Source: a virus
Taxonomy: Duplodnaviria > Caudoviricetes
IMG/VR virus record: IMGVR_UViG_3300036767_001238
Coordinates: 1 to 58,881 of that record
Length of the DNA stretch: 58,881 nucleotides
Strand: one strand, 5' to 3'
Position 1 is the stretch's first letter. Every line of letters begins with the position of its first letter. Made by a program: the position numbers and the translations under genes. Positions 37,784-45,094 of the stretch are shown one piece after another. The notes below the pieces were generated by a model. The model was not told the origin of the DNA and ran no database searches. It was given only the letters and a program-made list of their open reading frames with translations.

Positions 37784-38053
37784 ATGGCCAAGGCCGCAAA
37801 GACCACGAAACCCGAGACGCTTGCAGAGGAAAAAGCCGAGGCCCCCAAGGTCCAGAGGGTCACCAAACAACAGATCATGATCGACATGCTGTCGCGCCCG
37901 GAAGGCGCCACCATCGAAGAGCTAGTCGAGGCGACCGGCTGGCTTTCACATACCTGCAGAGGCGCCATGTCCGGCGCGCTTAAGAAAAAGCTGGGGCTGA
38001 CCATCACCTCCGAAAAAGTGGATCAGCGCGGGCGGGTCTATCGGTTAACGTGA
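37784..38053 (+). CDS. DUF3489-domain winged-helix protein
   Basis: TKQ...I.ML.RPEGATI.E...ATGW..HT.RGA.SG.LKKKLGL...RVYR. Confidence 0.88.
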   Translation: MAKAAKTTKPETLAEEKAEAPKVQRVTKQQIMIDMLSRPEGATIEELVEATGWLSHTCRGAMSGALKKKLGLTITSEKVDQRGRVYRLT

Positions 38054-38086
38054 GCACCAGCCCACTGCCGTTCCGCAATCCACCGC

Positions 38087-38353
38087 TCAATAATGAAAGC
38101 GCAGCTGTGCGATTTCCAAGCTTTGGTGATCGCCCGAGCCACTGACGCGGTAGACCATCCGATCTTGATGCGAAATCCTGCGCGACCACCAACCAGAGAG
38201 GTCACCCCGCAACGGTTCAGGTTTACCGACACCCTTGAACGGTGTGCGTTGGCATTGCTTGATCAGTTCATTGATCCGATCACGAACCTTGGGATTATTG
38301 TCAGCCCAATAAAGATAATCTTCCCAAGCCTCGTCAGAAAAAATCAGTTTCAA
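38087..38353 (-). CDS. yoeB: Txe/YoeB-family toxin
   Basis: AWEDYLYW...GVGKPEPL...LSG.WSRRI...DR.VY...RFHY. Confidence 0.95.
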   Translation of the reverse strand: MKLIFSDEAWEDYLYWADNNPKVRDRINELIKQCQRTPFKGVGKPEPLRGDLSGWWSRRISHQDRMVYRVSGSGDHQSLEIAQLRFHY

Positions 38354-38601
38354 TCCAGCAGCTCGCGCGTTTGCCCACCATCACCATCAAGCTGGGCGAT
38401 AGCCGACCGCAAGCGGGATGCATTGCGCGGGTTTGAAAGCAAATGAAGCGTTTCGTTGATCGCGCTCCAAGCTTCGAGAGACACGACGACGACGGCCTCG
38501 CCCTTCTTGCGTGTGACGATGACTTCTTCTTTGTCGTTGATCGCGCGGTCCATCACAGACTTTAGCTGTGCACGCGCATCCGAATAGGTCATGACGTTCA
38601 T
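38350..38601 (-). CDS. yefM: YefM/Phd antitoxin
   Basis: TYSDARAQLK.VMD...ETLHLLSNPRNA.RL. Confidence 0.95.
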   Translation of the reverse strand: MNVMTYSDARAQLKSVMDRAINDKEEVIVTRKKGEAVVVVSLEAWSAINETLHLLSNPRNASRLRSAIAQLDGDGGQTRELLD

Positions 38602-38629
38602 AGTAGCTCTCCCGAAAACGCTTCATACA

Positions 38630-38648
38630 TGTACGACATATTGTACGA
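38630..38648. promoter_or_regulatory. Probable YefM-YoeB operator (two TGTACG cores)
   Basis: tgtacgacatattgtacga upstream of yefM; resembles the TGTACA cores of the E. coli yefM-yoeB operator. Confidence 0.55.
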
Positions 38649-38797
38649 TTTCAAGTGGCAAGTTTTTCGGCGGGGCACGTGTGAAGATTGTCTTGACCAC
38701 CTCGACATTGACGCACAGGGTATTTTCGATGGCATTGCAACAACTTGGCGTGCGCGACACTGCGATCAGCCACGAACCACCCGTCGGGGAATCGAAA

Positions 38798-38998
38798 ATG
38801 ATCAAACCAAACCAAGATACTCAGCTTGGCCACCAGGCTCAGGCAGAAACAGCATCAGAGACACGGCAATCGACGGACGCCGATGCCGAACACCGAGAGG
38901 CCATTGCCGGCATCACCAAAGGGCTATCGCAAGCCCTGGCGGGACGTGGGGTTGAGGCAAGACGCTTTTTCAAAGAATTGAAGGCGTCTCGAGGGTAG
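38798..38998 (+). CDS. Small protein resembling the C-terminal toxin-binding tail of ParE/RelE-type antitoxins
   Basis: EAIAGITKGLSQALAGRGVEARRFFKELK; GGGGA RBS. Confidence 0.5.
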   Translation: MIKPNQDTQLGHQAQAETASETRQSTDADAEHREAIAGITKGLSQALAGRGVEARRFFKELKASRG

Positions 38999-39037
38999 GA
39001 TATTCACAAGCCGCTGCTTACTCTTCGATGGCCTGCC

Positions 39038-39553
39038 TTATTTTGACCTCGAACGCGGTGACGTATGACCGTCGCCGGTGAGAGCGGCGTCCTCGGCGAG
39101 CCATGCAGCGGTCATTGGGTCATCCTGATCCTTCAACCCACCAGACCTGCGAAACCGAAGCCCAAACTGCCGTGCAACACTCGCACCCAAGATGGCGCCA
39201 ATCCCGTCTGCAACAAGGTCCACCCACTCGGCCTGTCGGCCAAAGAAGGGCTGGATCACCTCAATCGCTCCACCATAGGCAATGACGCTCAGAATAACCC
39301 ACACCGTCCAGCGTGGCCGCACGAGCGGCAGCGGGAACGCGAGACAGGCGAAGGCCAGGATATGGTAGATCTTGTCCGACCCTGCCGGACCACCGGCGGG
39401 CATCGGCGCCAGGGTGAGCACGGCAATGACCACCGCCAGAACGAGTGTCACCGCGCTGCCAATCGCCATCCGTCTCAGTTTCATCTGCCCTTGCGCCACA
39501 CATCGCTCCTCTGGGTGAACGCCCATCAGCGCGGTTTTCCCATGGAGTGTCAA
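39038..39553 (-). CDS. VanZ-family membrane protein (start uncertain)
   Basis: DKIYH..AF, YGGAIEVIQPFFGR.A...D..AD..G. Confidence 0.88.
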   Translation of the reverse strand: MTLHGKTALMGVHPEERCVAQGQMKLRRMAIGSAVTLVLAVVIAVLTLAPMPAGGPAGSDKIYHILAFACLAFPLPLVRPRWTVWVILSVIAYGGAIEVIQPFFGRQAEWVDLVADGIGAILGASVARQFGLRFRRSGGLKDQDDPMTAAWLAEDAALTGDGHTSPRSRSK

Positions 39554-39566
39554 TGGCGTAGCCGCG

Positions 39567-40898
39567 TCAGACCCCAGTTTCGGCGACGACCGGCATGGTC
39601 TCGCCAGAGTTCAGATCATCAAAACTCTGCCGACTGCTTTCCAGCACCGCGGCCTCACCCGTTAACTCCTGCCAGCGGCGCACGATCACATCCACATATT
39701 TCGGGTCGAGTTCGATCAAAGACGCGTGGCGACCGGTCTTTTCAGCGGCGATGAGCGTCGTGCCGCTGCCGCCGAACGGGTCAAACACCAGATCACCCTT
39801 GCGGCTCGAGTTGCGGATTGCCCGTTCGACCAGAGACACCGGCTTCATCGTGGGATGCAGATCATTCTTATGGGGCCGCTCGATGTTCCAAACATCGCCC
39901 TGGTCACGGTCGCCGCACCAGTGGCGCTTCACACCCTCGGGCCAGCCGTAGAGGATTGGCTCATACTGGCGCTGATAGTCCGCGCGACCCAGGGTGAAGC
40001 GGTCCTTCGCCCAAATGATGAAGGTCGACCAATGGCCGCCTGCGGATTTGAATGCGGATTGCAGCGTCTGCAGCTCGCTGGACGACATGCAGATGTAGAC
40101 CGCGCCGTCCGTGTGCGCGTTGATGAGCACGCAGGCGTCGTAGAGGAATTGACCGAAGCCATCGCCCAGGGCGTCGTTCTTGATCCGCCGGCCCTTGCCG
40201 GCCTTTTCGGCGCCGACGCCGCCGGCGTAGTCCACATTGTAGGGTGGATCACAAAAGCAGAGGTCTGCCTTCACATCGCCGAGGACCTTGGCCACATCCG
40301 TCGCCACCGTGCTGTCGCCGCAGAGCAGCCGGTGCTTGCCCATGAGCCAGACATCGCCGGGCCGCGTCACCGGGGCCTCGGGCACTTCCGGCACATCGTC
40401 GGGATCCGTCAGGCCGCCCGTGGTGTCGATCAGCGCGTCCGGCAGGATCTCGGCCAGATCCTCGGCACTGAAGCCGATCAGCGACATGTCCTCGATCCCG
40501 AAATCCTCGCGCAGCTCCACGATCTCGATGCGCAGCATCTCCGGGTCCCACTCGGCAATCTCCGCGAGCCGGTTGTCGGCCAGCGTGTAAAGCCGCCGGT
40601 CCTCTTCGGACCAGCCGCGTGCCACCATCACCGGCACTTCCGCAAGGCCCAACTGGGCGGCGGCCATCAGCCGGCCGTGGCCCGCGATGATCGTTCCGTC
40701 TTCTGCCACCAGCATCGGGATGGTGAAGCCGAACCGCTCCATTGACGCCGCGATCTGGTCGATCTGCTCCGGTGGGTGCTGGCGCGCGTTTTTCGCGTAG
40801 GGGACCAAGTCGGCCACCTGCCACATCTCGACCTGCGCCGCGGGCCAAGCCTGCGGGGTAATTTTAGATTGTGCGGTCATCAGATACCTGTCGGGCAT
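39567..40898 (-). CDS. ParB-N domain fused to an N6-A/N4-C DNA methyltransferase
   Basis: IIAGHGR, ADNRL; DPPYN, HPTMKP, FDPFGGSGTT. Confidence 0.95.
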   Translation of the reverse strand: MPDRYLMTAQSKITPQAWPAAQVEMWQVADLVPYAKNARQHPPEQIDQIAASMERFGFTIPMLVAEDGTIIAGHGRLMAAAQLGLAEVPVMVARGWSEEDRRLYTLADNRLAEIAEWDPEMLRIEIVELREDFGIEDMSLIGFSAEDLAEILPDALIDTTGGLTDPDDVPEVPEAPVTRPGDVWLMGKHRLLCGDSTVATDVAKVLGDVKADLCFCDPPYNVDYAGGVGAEKAGKGRRIKNDALGDGFGQFLYDACVLINAHTDGAVYICMSSSELQTLQSAFKSAGGHWSTFIIWAKDRFTLGRADYQRQYEPILYGWPEGVKRHWCGDRDQGDVWNIERPHKNDLHPTMKPVSLVERAIRNSSRKGDLVFDPFGGSGTTLIAAEKTGRHASLIELDPKYVDVIVRRWQELTGEAAVLESSRQSFDDLNSGETMPVVAETGV

Positions 40899-40914
40899 GG
40901 GTCACCGCCCCGCT

Positions 40915-41186
40915 GAACCGAAACGAGCCGCAGGGGGTCATTTCGTTTTGCGGACAGCGAAACTTCCATGTTTTATTGGGATTCAGCGCGGTTTCAGGGA
41001 TCAAAACCTGCGCGAAACGAAGTGGATTTCAGGGGGGTGCATTTCGCCAATTCTGGACCTAAGGCCCTGATTTCATTGAGGCGGACCCTCTTTGAAACGA
41101 AGCGAAATGGTTTTTTGAAACGAGAAAAAACGCTCAAATATCGCGAGGCGGCGGCCCCGCATCGAACTTTCTCTAGGAAGGGACCC
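40915..41186 (-). other. Lambda-like cos site (cosQ 41180-41186, cohesive-end 12-mer 41146-41157, cosB-like repeats)
   Basis: Minus strand GGGTCCCTTCC-N17-G GGGCCGCCGCCT CGCG versus lambda GGGTCCTTTCC-N18-G GGGCGGCGACCT CGCG; GAAACGA x4. Confidence 0.8.
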
Positions 41187-41349
41187 AAGGGGTCCCCCGT
41201 CTGTCTGTGTCGTAGCCCGTCAGCACGCTGATTTGGCCCATGCAAGTGTTTTATCGCGGCCAAGACTCGCGGTCCAACAAATAAATGTCCCGCTGTTTTC
41301 TTTTCTTGTTGCCATTGGAAAGACTCGACTTTCTTGTCCCGCTCGGCCG

Positions 41350-41883
41350 TCACATGTCCAAAATCTGCTCAATCTGACGCGTGGCCTCGGCCAGCACATC
41401 GGGTTGCGCGGCCTCAAATGCGTCGCGTGTTGCGTCCTGCACCATCTCTTTCGGGATGGCTGGGCCGAACATCTTCCGTATCGGCAGGCGCGCGCTCCCC
41501 TCGCGCACGAAGGCGTTGTTGGCAAGCGAGCCGACAAGGAACGCACTCTCGAACCGCTGCCAGCGCCCCCAGGGCTTGGCGCGCACGCCGTAGGCAAACT
41601 GCCGAGGGCTGAAATGCGACAGGCCCAGATAGTCGCCGCGGGCCTCGATCGTGTAGGTCAGGTTTGAGAACGTCGATCGGATCGAGCGTGTCTCGCGGTT
41701 GATGAGCGCAGCCTTCGCGCCCGTTTGTTGACGAAGGGCACGGCGCACCTGGGTGCGGACCTTGTTGCCCTCGCTGTTCAGCGCACGATTGAAGGCGCGC
41801 GTGGCCGCTTGTTCACCCAGTCGGGCGACAGCGGCTTCGAAGTGAATGCGGGTCTGATCGAGGTCGCGGATGATGACATTCAC
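41350..41883 (-). CDS. Minor tail/neck protein (lambda gpZ-like)
   Basis: RALN....VRT...F..AF...VR.G..RLPI.KMFGP.IP; GGGAGG RBS and GTG start. Confidence 0.75.
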   Translation of the reverse strand: MNVIIRDLDQTRIHFEAAVARLGEQAATRAFNRALNSEGNKVRTQVRRALRQQTGAKAALINRETRSIRSTFSNLTYTIEARGDYLGLSHFSPRQFAYGVRAKPWGRWQRFESAFLVGSLANNAFVREGSARLPIRKMFGPAIPKEMVQDATRDAFEAAQPDVLAEATRQIEQILDM

Positions 41884-41946
41884 AGCCCCTGCCTCCCACG
41901 CACACGACACCGAGTATATCGTTTATATACCCCTGGAAAATTTTTC

Positions 41947-41985
41947 TGTCTCGCCTTCCGATGTCCCGCTGAAAAGTGTCCCGCT
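41947..41985. promoter_or_regulatory. 15-bp-spaced TGTCYCGCY repeats upstream of the late operon
   Basis: Copies at 41947, 41962, 41977; additional TGTCCCGCT at 41286 and 41335. Confidence 0.5.
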
Positions 41986-42038
41986 GAACCGAAAGGGGTT
42001 GACAGGTTTTGCGACAACCCGATTGCGCCAACCAAAAT

Positions 42039-42061
42039 TTTCCGGTAAAGATTTCCGGAAA
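42039..42061. promoter_or_regulatory. Probable VapBC operator (two TTCCGG(T/A)A near-palindromes)
   Basis: tttccggtaaagatttccggaaa immediately before the RBS. Confidence 0.5.
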
Positions 42062-42071
42062 GGAGAACATC

Positions 42072-42353
42072 ATGACCGTAAGTCAGTCCAACACCACTCA
42101 GTGGCGCAAGCGACAGGCGGCACTCGGCTTCGTTCGGGTCGAGGTCCAAGTGCGCAAAGAAGACGCCAGCCTGGTGCGAGAGATTGCCAACGCGCTTGGC
42201 GATCCAGCGCGGCACGATGCAACCCGCGCGATCTTGCGCCAAAAAATCACACGTTCGCCTTCCAAAAGCTTCAAGGCGCTTCTTGCCTCTGCGCCCTTGG
42301 AGGGTATCGAGCTTGATCGTCCAAGCGATTTCGGTCGCGAGATTGATTTGTGA
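42072..42353 (+). CDS. Antitoxin for the downstream VapC
   Basis: Basic RHH-like N-terminus; C-terminal SFKALL..APLEGIEL.R..D.GR.IDL; GTGA overlap with vapC. Confidence 0.75.
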   Translation: MTVSQSNTTQWRKRQAALGFVRVEVQVRKEDASLVREIANALGDPARHDATRAILRQKITRSPSKSFKALLASAPLEGIELDRPSDFGREIDL

Positions 42354-42763
42354 GCTACCTGATCGACACCAACGTCATCTCCGAACTGCGCAAAGGCGAC
42401 CGATGCGACCCGGCAGTAGCCGCGTGGTGGGCAAAGGTGGACGAGGATGAACTCTGGACCAGCGCACTCGTTCTCGGTGAAATTCGTAGGGGCATCGAAC
42501 TTGCAAGGCGTCGCGACCCACAAAAAGCAAAAGCTTTGGAAGCGTGGTTGGAAGAAGTTGTCTCCGGATTTGGCGACCGCGTTCTGCATGTAGACGCGCA
42601 AGTTGCCGATGAATGGGGACGGATGAACGCTATTCGTCCGCTTCCTGTCATCGATGCCCTAATTGCAGCCACCGCAAGAGCCAATGGCCTCATCTTTGTA
42701 ACCCGAAATGGAACGGATGTTCAGGGCGTTGGTGTCGAAATCCTCAATCCTTTCGCAGACTGA
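42350..42763 (+). CDS. vapC: VapC PIN-domain toxin
   Basis: YLIDTNVISE, GEI..GI, DALIAATA, VTRN..D. Confidence 0.95.
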   Translation: MSYLIDTNVISELRKGDRCDPAVAAWWAKVDEDELWTSALVLGEIRRGIELARRRDPQKAKALEAWLEEVVSGFGDRVLHVDAQVADEWGRMNAIRPLPVIDALIAATARANGLIFVTRNGTDVQGVGVEILNPFAD

Positions 42764-42786
42764 GAAAGTGCGACGTCATCACCACG

Positions 42787-43197
42787 CTATGCCGGCGTCT
42801 CGCTGCGGGCCCCAATAGCGAACTTCAGCCCGCCAAGCCAAGTCGCGAAGCTTTCCTCGGAAATCACGCCAGATGCCAAGTCTTCCATCGCCCTGACGCC
42901 GTCGAGCGGATCCGGACGCAAGCCGAAGCCATTCAGGCGCAGAAACGTGGCGGACGTTACAAAGGCTGTCCGCTTGTTGCCATCAACAAAAGCATGCGCC
43001 TTCGCAATCCCAAACGCATAAGCCGCGGCAATTTCATCAAGGCTCGGCTCGCCATAGGCCGCCTTGTTGCGGGGACGCTCCATCGCGGCCTCGAGAAGCT
43101 GGATGTCGCGCATGCCTGACGCACCGCCGTGGCGCGCGATTTGGCGATCATGGATGATAAGAACCGCCTGCAGCGGCACCCATACCGGCTCGCTCAC
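42787..43197 (-). CDS. doc: Death-on-curing (Doc/Fic) toxin
   Basis: HAFVDGNKRTA Fic motif; HGG..G.RD...L. Confidence 0.95.
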   Translation of the reverse strand: MSEPVWVPLQAVLIIHDRQIARHGGASGMRDIQLLEAAMERPRNKAAYGEPSLDEIAAAYAFGIAKAHAFVDGNKRTAFVTSATFLRLNGFGLRPDPLDGVRAMEDLASGVISEESFATWLGGLKFAIGARSETPA

Positions 43198-43418
43198 GCA
43201 AGCGCCTGCAGCATGTCACGGTTTTCGTCCATGACGATTTGCGCTGCAGCGAGAGCTGCGGCCAACTCAGGGTTCTGCAGCGTGATCTTCAGGCTGCCAT
43301 CGTCGCCTCGCACCAGGTAGACCGTATCCCCTTCGCGGGCATCAAGGGCCGCCAGCATTTCCGCCGATAGCGTAACTACAGCCGAGTTGCCGACTTTGCG
43401 GATGCGGGTTTCGAACAT
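43194..43418 (-). CDS. AbrB/MazE-type antitoxin of Doc
   Basis: IRKVGNSAVVTL...EGD; ATGA overlap with doc. Confidence 0.9.
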   Translation of the reverse strand: MFETRIRKVGNSAVVTLSAEMLAALDAREGDTVYLVRGDDGSLKITLQNPELAAALAAAQIVMDENRDMLQALA

Positions 43419-43510
43419 GACAGGCCTCCTCGTGAATACATCGGTATATACGTGTTTTGGGCGATGGATGCAAGGTCAGGCGCCGCGCCAGGCCAGCACA
43501 GCGCCCAGCA

Positions 43511-43936
43511 TCACACCGTCTGCTCAATCACGAACTCCATCGACCGCTTGCGCGGCACGGTCCTGCCGTTGAGTTTCCAGACGATCACAGCCAGCCCGTA
43601 TTCGTGCCGCCGGTTTGCAGCAGAGCGGCTGATGCCCTGATGCCAGCTAATCCGCTTCCATGGCTTGCGATTAGCGCGCGCCCAGAGGATCTGGCCGATG
43701 TCCTTGTCAACCCACCGCAGCCAAAGCATCGCCTCATCGGCCTGCGTGATCATCCGCGGCGATGGCAGCGGCTTTTTCATCCTTGGCTCTTGCTCGACTT
43801 GATCCGCGAAGGTGGAAACGTATTCCGGCCAAGCGCTGACGTAACCCTGTGGGCGGACCGGCGGCATGGAGCGCATGACGTCTGCCGCGAGGTCCAGCCG
43901 GTCGGCTACCATTGCCCGTGTCCAGTTATCGGCCAT
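43511..43936 (-). CDS. DUF6362-like protein, probable late-gene transcription regulator
   Basis: WT...V.DRL..AA...P...P.GY...WP; C-terminal sigma-R4-like HTH; last gene of the early operon. Confidence 0.75.
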   Translation of the reverse strand: MADNWTRAMVADRLDLAADVMRSMPPVRPQGYVSAWPEYVSTFADQVEQEPRMKKPLPSPRMITQADEAMLWLRWVDKDIGQILWARANRKPWKRISWHQGISRSAANRRHEYGLAVIVWKLNGRTVPRKRSMEFVIEQTV

Positions 43937-44135
43937 GACGAACCTCCCTCACGGCTGGCAGCTTGCCGTAAAGCTTCTCGCCCAGCTGGCGAACCAGTTC
44001 ACGTTCCGGCCAGGTGAGCCGATGATCGTCGAGCGAGACTGCCAGCATGTGCTGCTCATGCCAACCATCGCGCTTGACCTGTTCAGGGTCACGGCGATTG
44101 CCGCCGTAACCCTTGGGGGTGAACCGCATGCCCAT
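43926..44135 (-). CDS. Small conserved hypothetical protein
   Basis: PKGYGG.RRDPEQVKRDGW; coupled to both neighbours. Confidence 0.75.
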   Translation of the reverse strand: MGMRFTPKGYGGNRRDPEQVKRDGWHEQHMLAVSLDDHRLTWPERELVRQLGEKLYGKLPAVREVRHGR

Positions 44136-44656
44136 CAGGTCAGCCCTCCCTGCGTCTCAATCGCCCAGAGTAGGATGGCGATGGCATCCGCCTCGTTGTC
44201 ATCCGCTGGGCTGAAACCGTGCTTGCGGGCGGCATCGATCATGGCCTGCTTGTTCGCATTGCCGTGGCCGGTGGCGTGACGCTTGATGGTCCCCACCGGG
44301 ACGCCCTGGTAGGGCACCCCCCGCAGCTCTGCCCAAGCTGTCAGCGTGGCCATCAGACCACCGTAGACGTGGGCTGCGTCAGTGCCTGCGTGCCGACGGA
44401 CCTCTTCGAAGTAGATTGCCTCAATCGGACCGGGCAGGCGATCCATCTCGGACAGCCAGTTCGTGAAGCGCAGGTAGCGCATGCCGCCGCCATCGTAGCG
44501 GCCAGGCTTGAAACTGACGGTGCCGCTAGTGATGAGGCCATCGAAGCCGCGGATCGCCCAGCCGGTTGTCGTGCCGAGATCAAGGGCAAGGATGGTCTTT
44601 GCGCCGCCAAAAGTCTCAGGCAGCGTCGGGGGCGAGATCAGTTCATTTGTGTTCAT
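44135..44656 (-). CDS. RuvC-like Holliday junction resolvase
   Basis: ILALDLGTTTGWA, FEEV, IK..ATG.GNA.K, DNEADA. Confidence 0.9.
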   Translation of the reverse strand: MNTNELISPPTLPETFGGAKTILALDLGTTTGWAIRGFDGLITSGTVSFKPGRYDGGGMRYLRFTNWLSEMDRLPGPIEAIYFEEVRRHAGTDAAHVYGGLMATLTAWAELRGVPYQGVPVGTIKRHATGHGNANKQAMIDAARKHGFSPADDNEADAIAILLWAIETQGGLT

Positions 44657-44764
44657 TGTGAAGGCTCACGTATTCGAGTGTGCCTTCGGCTTTGGTCAGC
44701 GCGAAAATACCCCGCCAGACTCTGGGGAACAAGAAAAATCGCGGTGGTCAGGTCTGCACTGCCT

Positions 44765-45028
44765 GTCACCAACCTGTCACCAACCTCTCAGGGGGTTGGT
44801 GACAGGAATATCTCAACAAAAACAACGCTGTCACCAACGTCACCAACGTCACCAACCAAATACTTTGTATGTATATGAAGATGGGTTCGGGAGGGGAAAA
44901 TACACGCATATATGGATAAGAGTAGAAGATCGCCGTTAGGTTGGTGACGTTGGTGACAGCATTGTTTCTAAACCATTTTTTCCGTCACCATCCTTCGGCG
45001 GGGTTGGTGACATGCGCAGGTTGGTGAC
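44765..45028. repeat. GTCACCAAC iteron array, probable replication origin
   Basis: Forward at 44765, 44776, 44830, 44839, 44848; reverse at 44795, 44940, 44949, 45003, 45020; near-copy at 44984; AT-rich centre. Confidence 0.85.
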
Positions 45029-45066
45029 AAAATAAAGGGGCGCCCGGCCTGGACGCCCCCCCCCCC
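45029..45066 (-). terminator. Intrinsic terminator-like hairpin after the primase-helicase gene
   Basis: Minus strand ggggcgtcc aggcc gggcgcccc tttatttt. Confidence 0.55.
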
Positions 45067-45094
45067 ACAATGGTGGTGTGTTTTGTTGACGGCG

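Noticed and set aside
44765-45028. CRISPR array
   Set aside because: Repeats are 9 bp, in both orientations, irregularly spaced and without unique spacers
45056-45066. C11 tract as a phase-variation site
   Set aside because: It overlaps one arm of a terminator-like hairpin downstream of a gene, not a promoter or CDS
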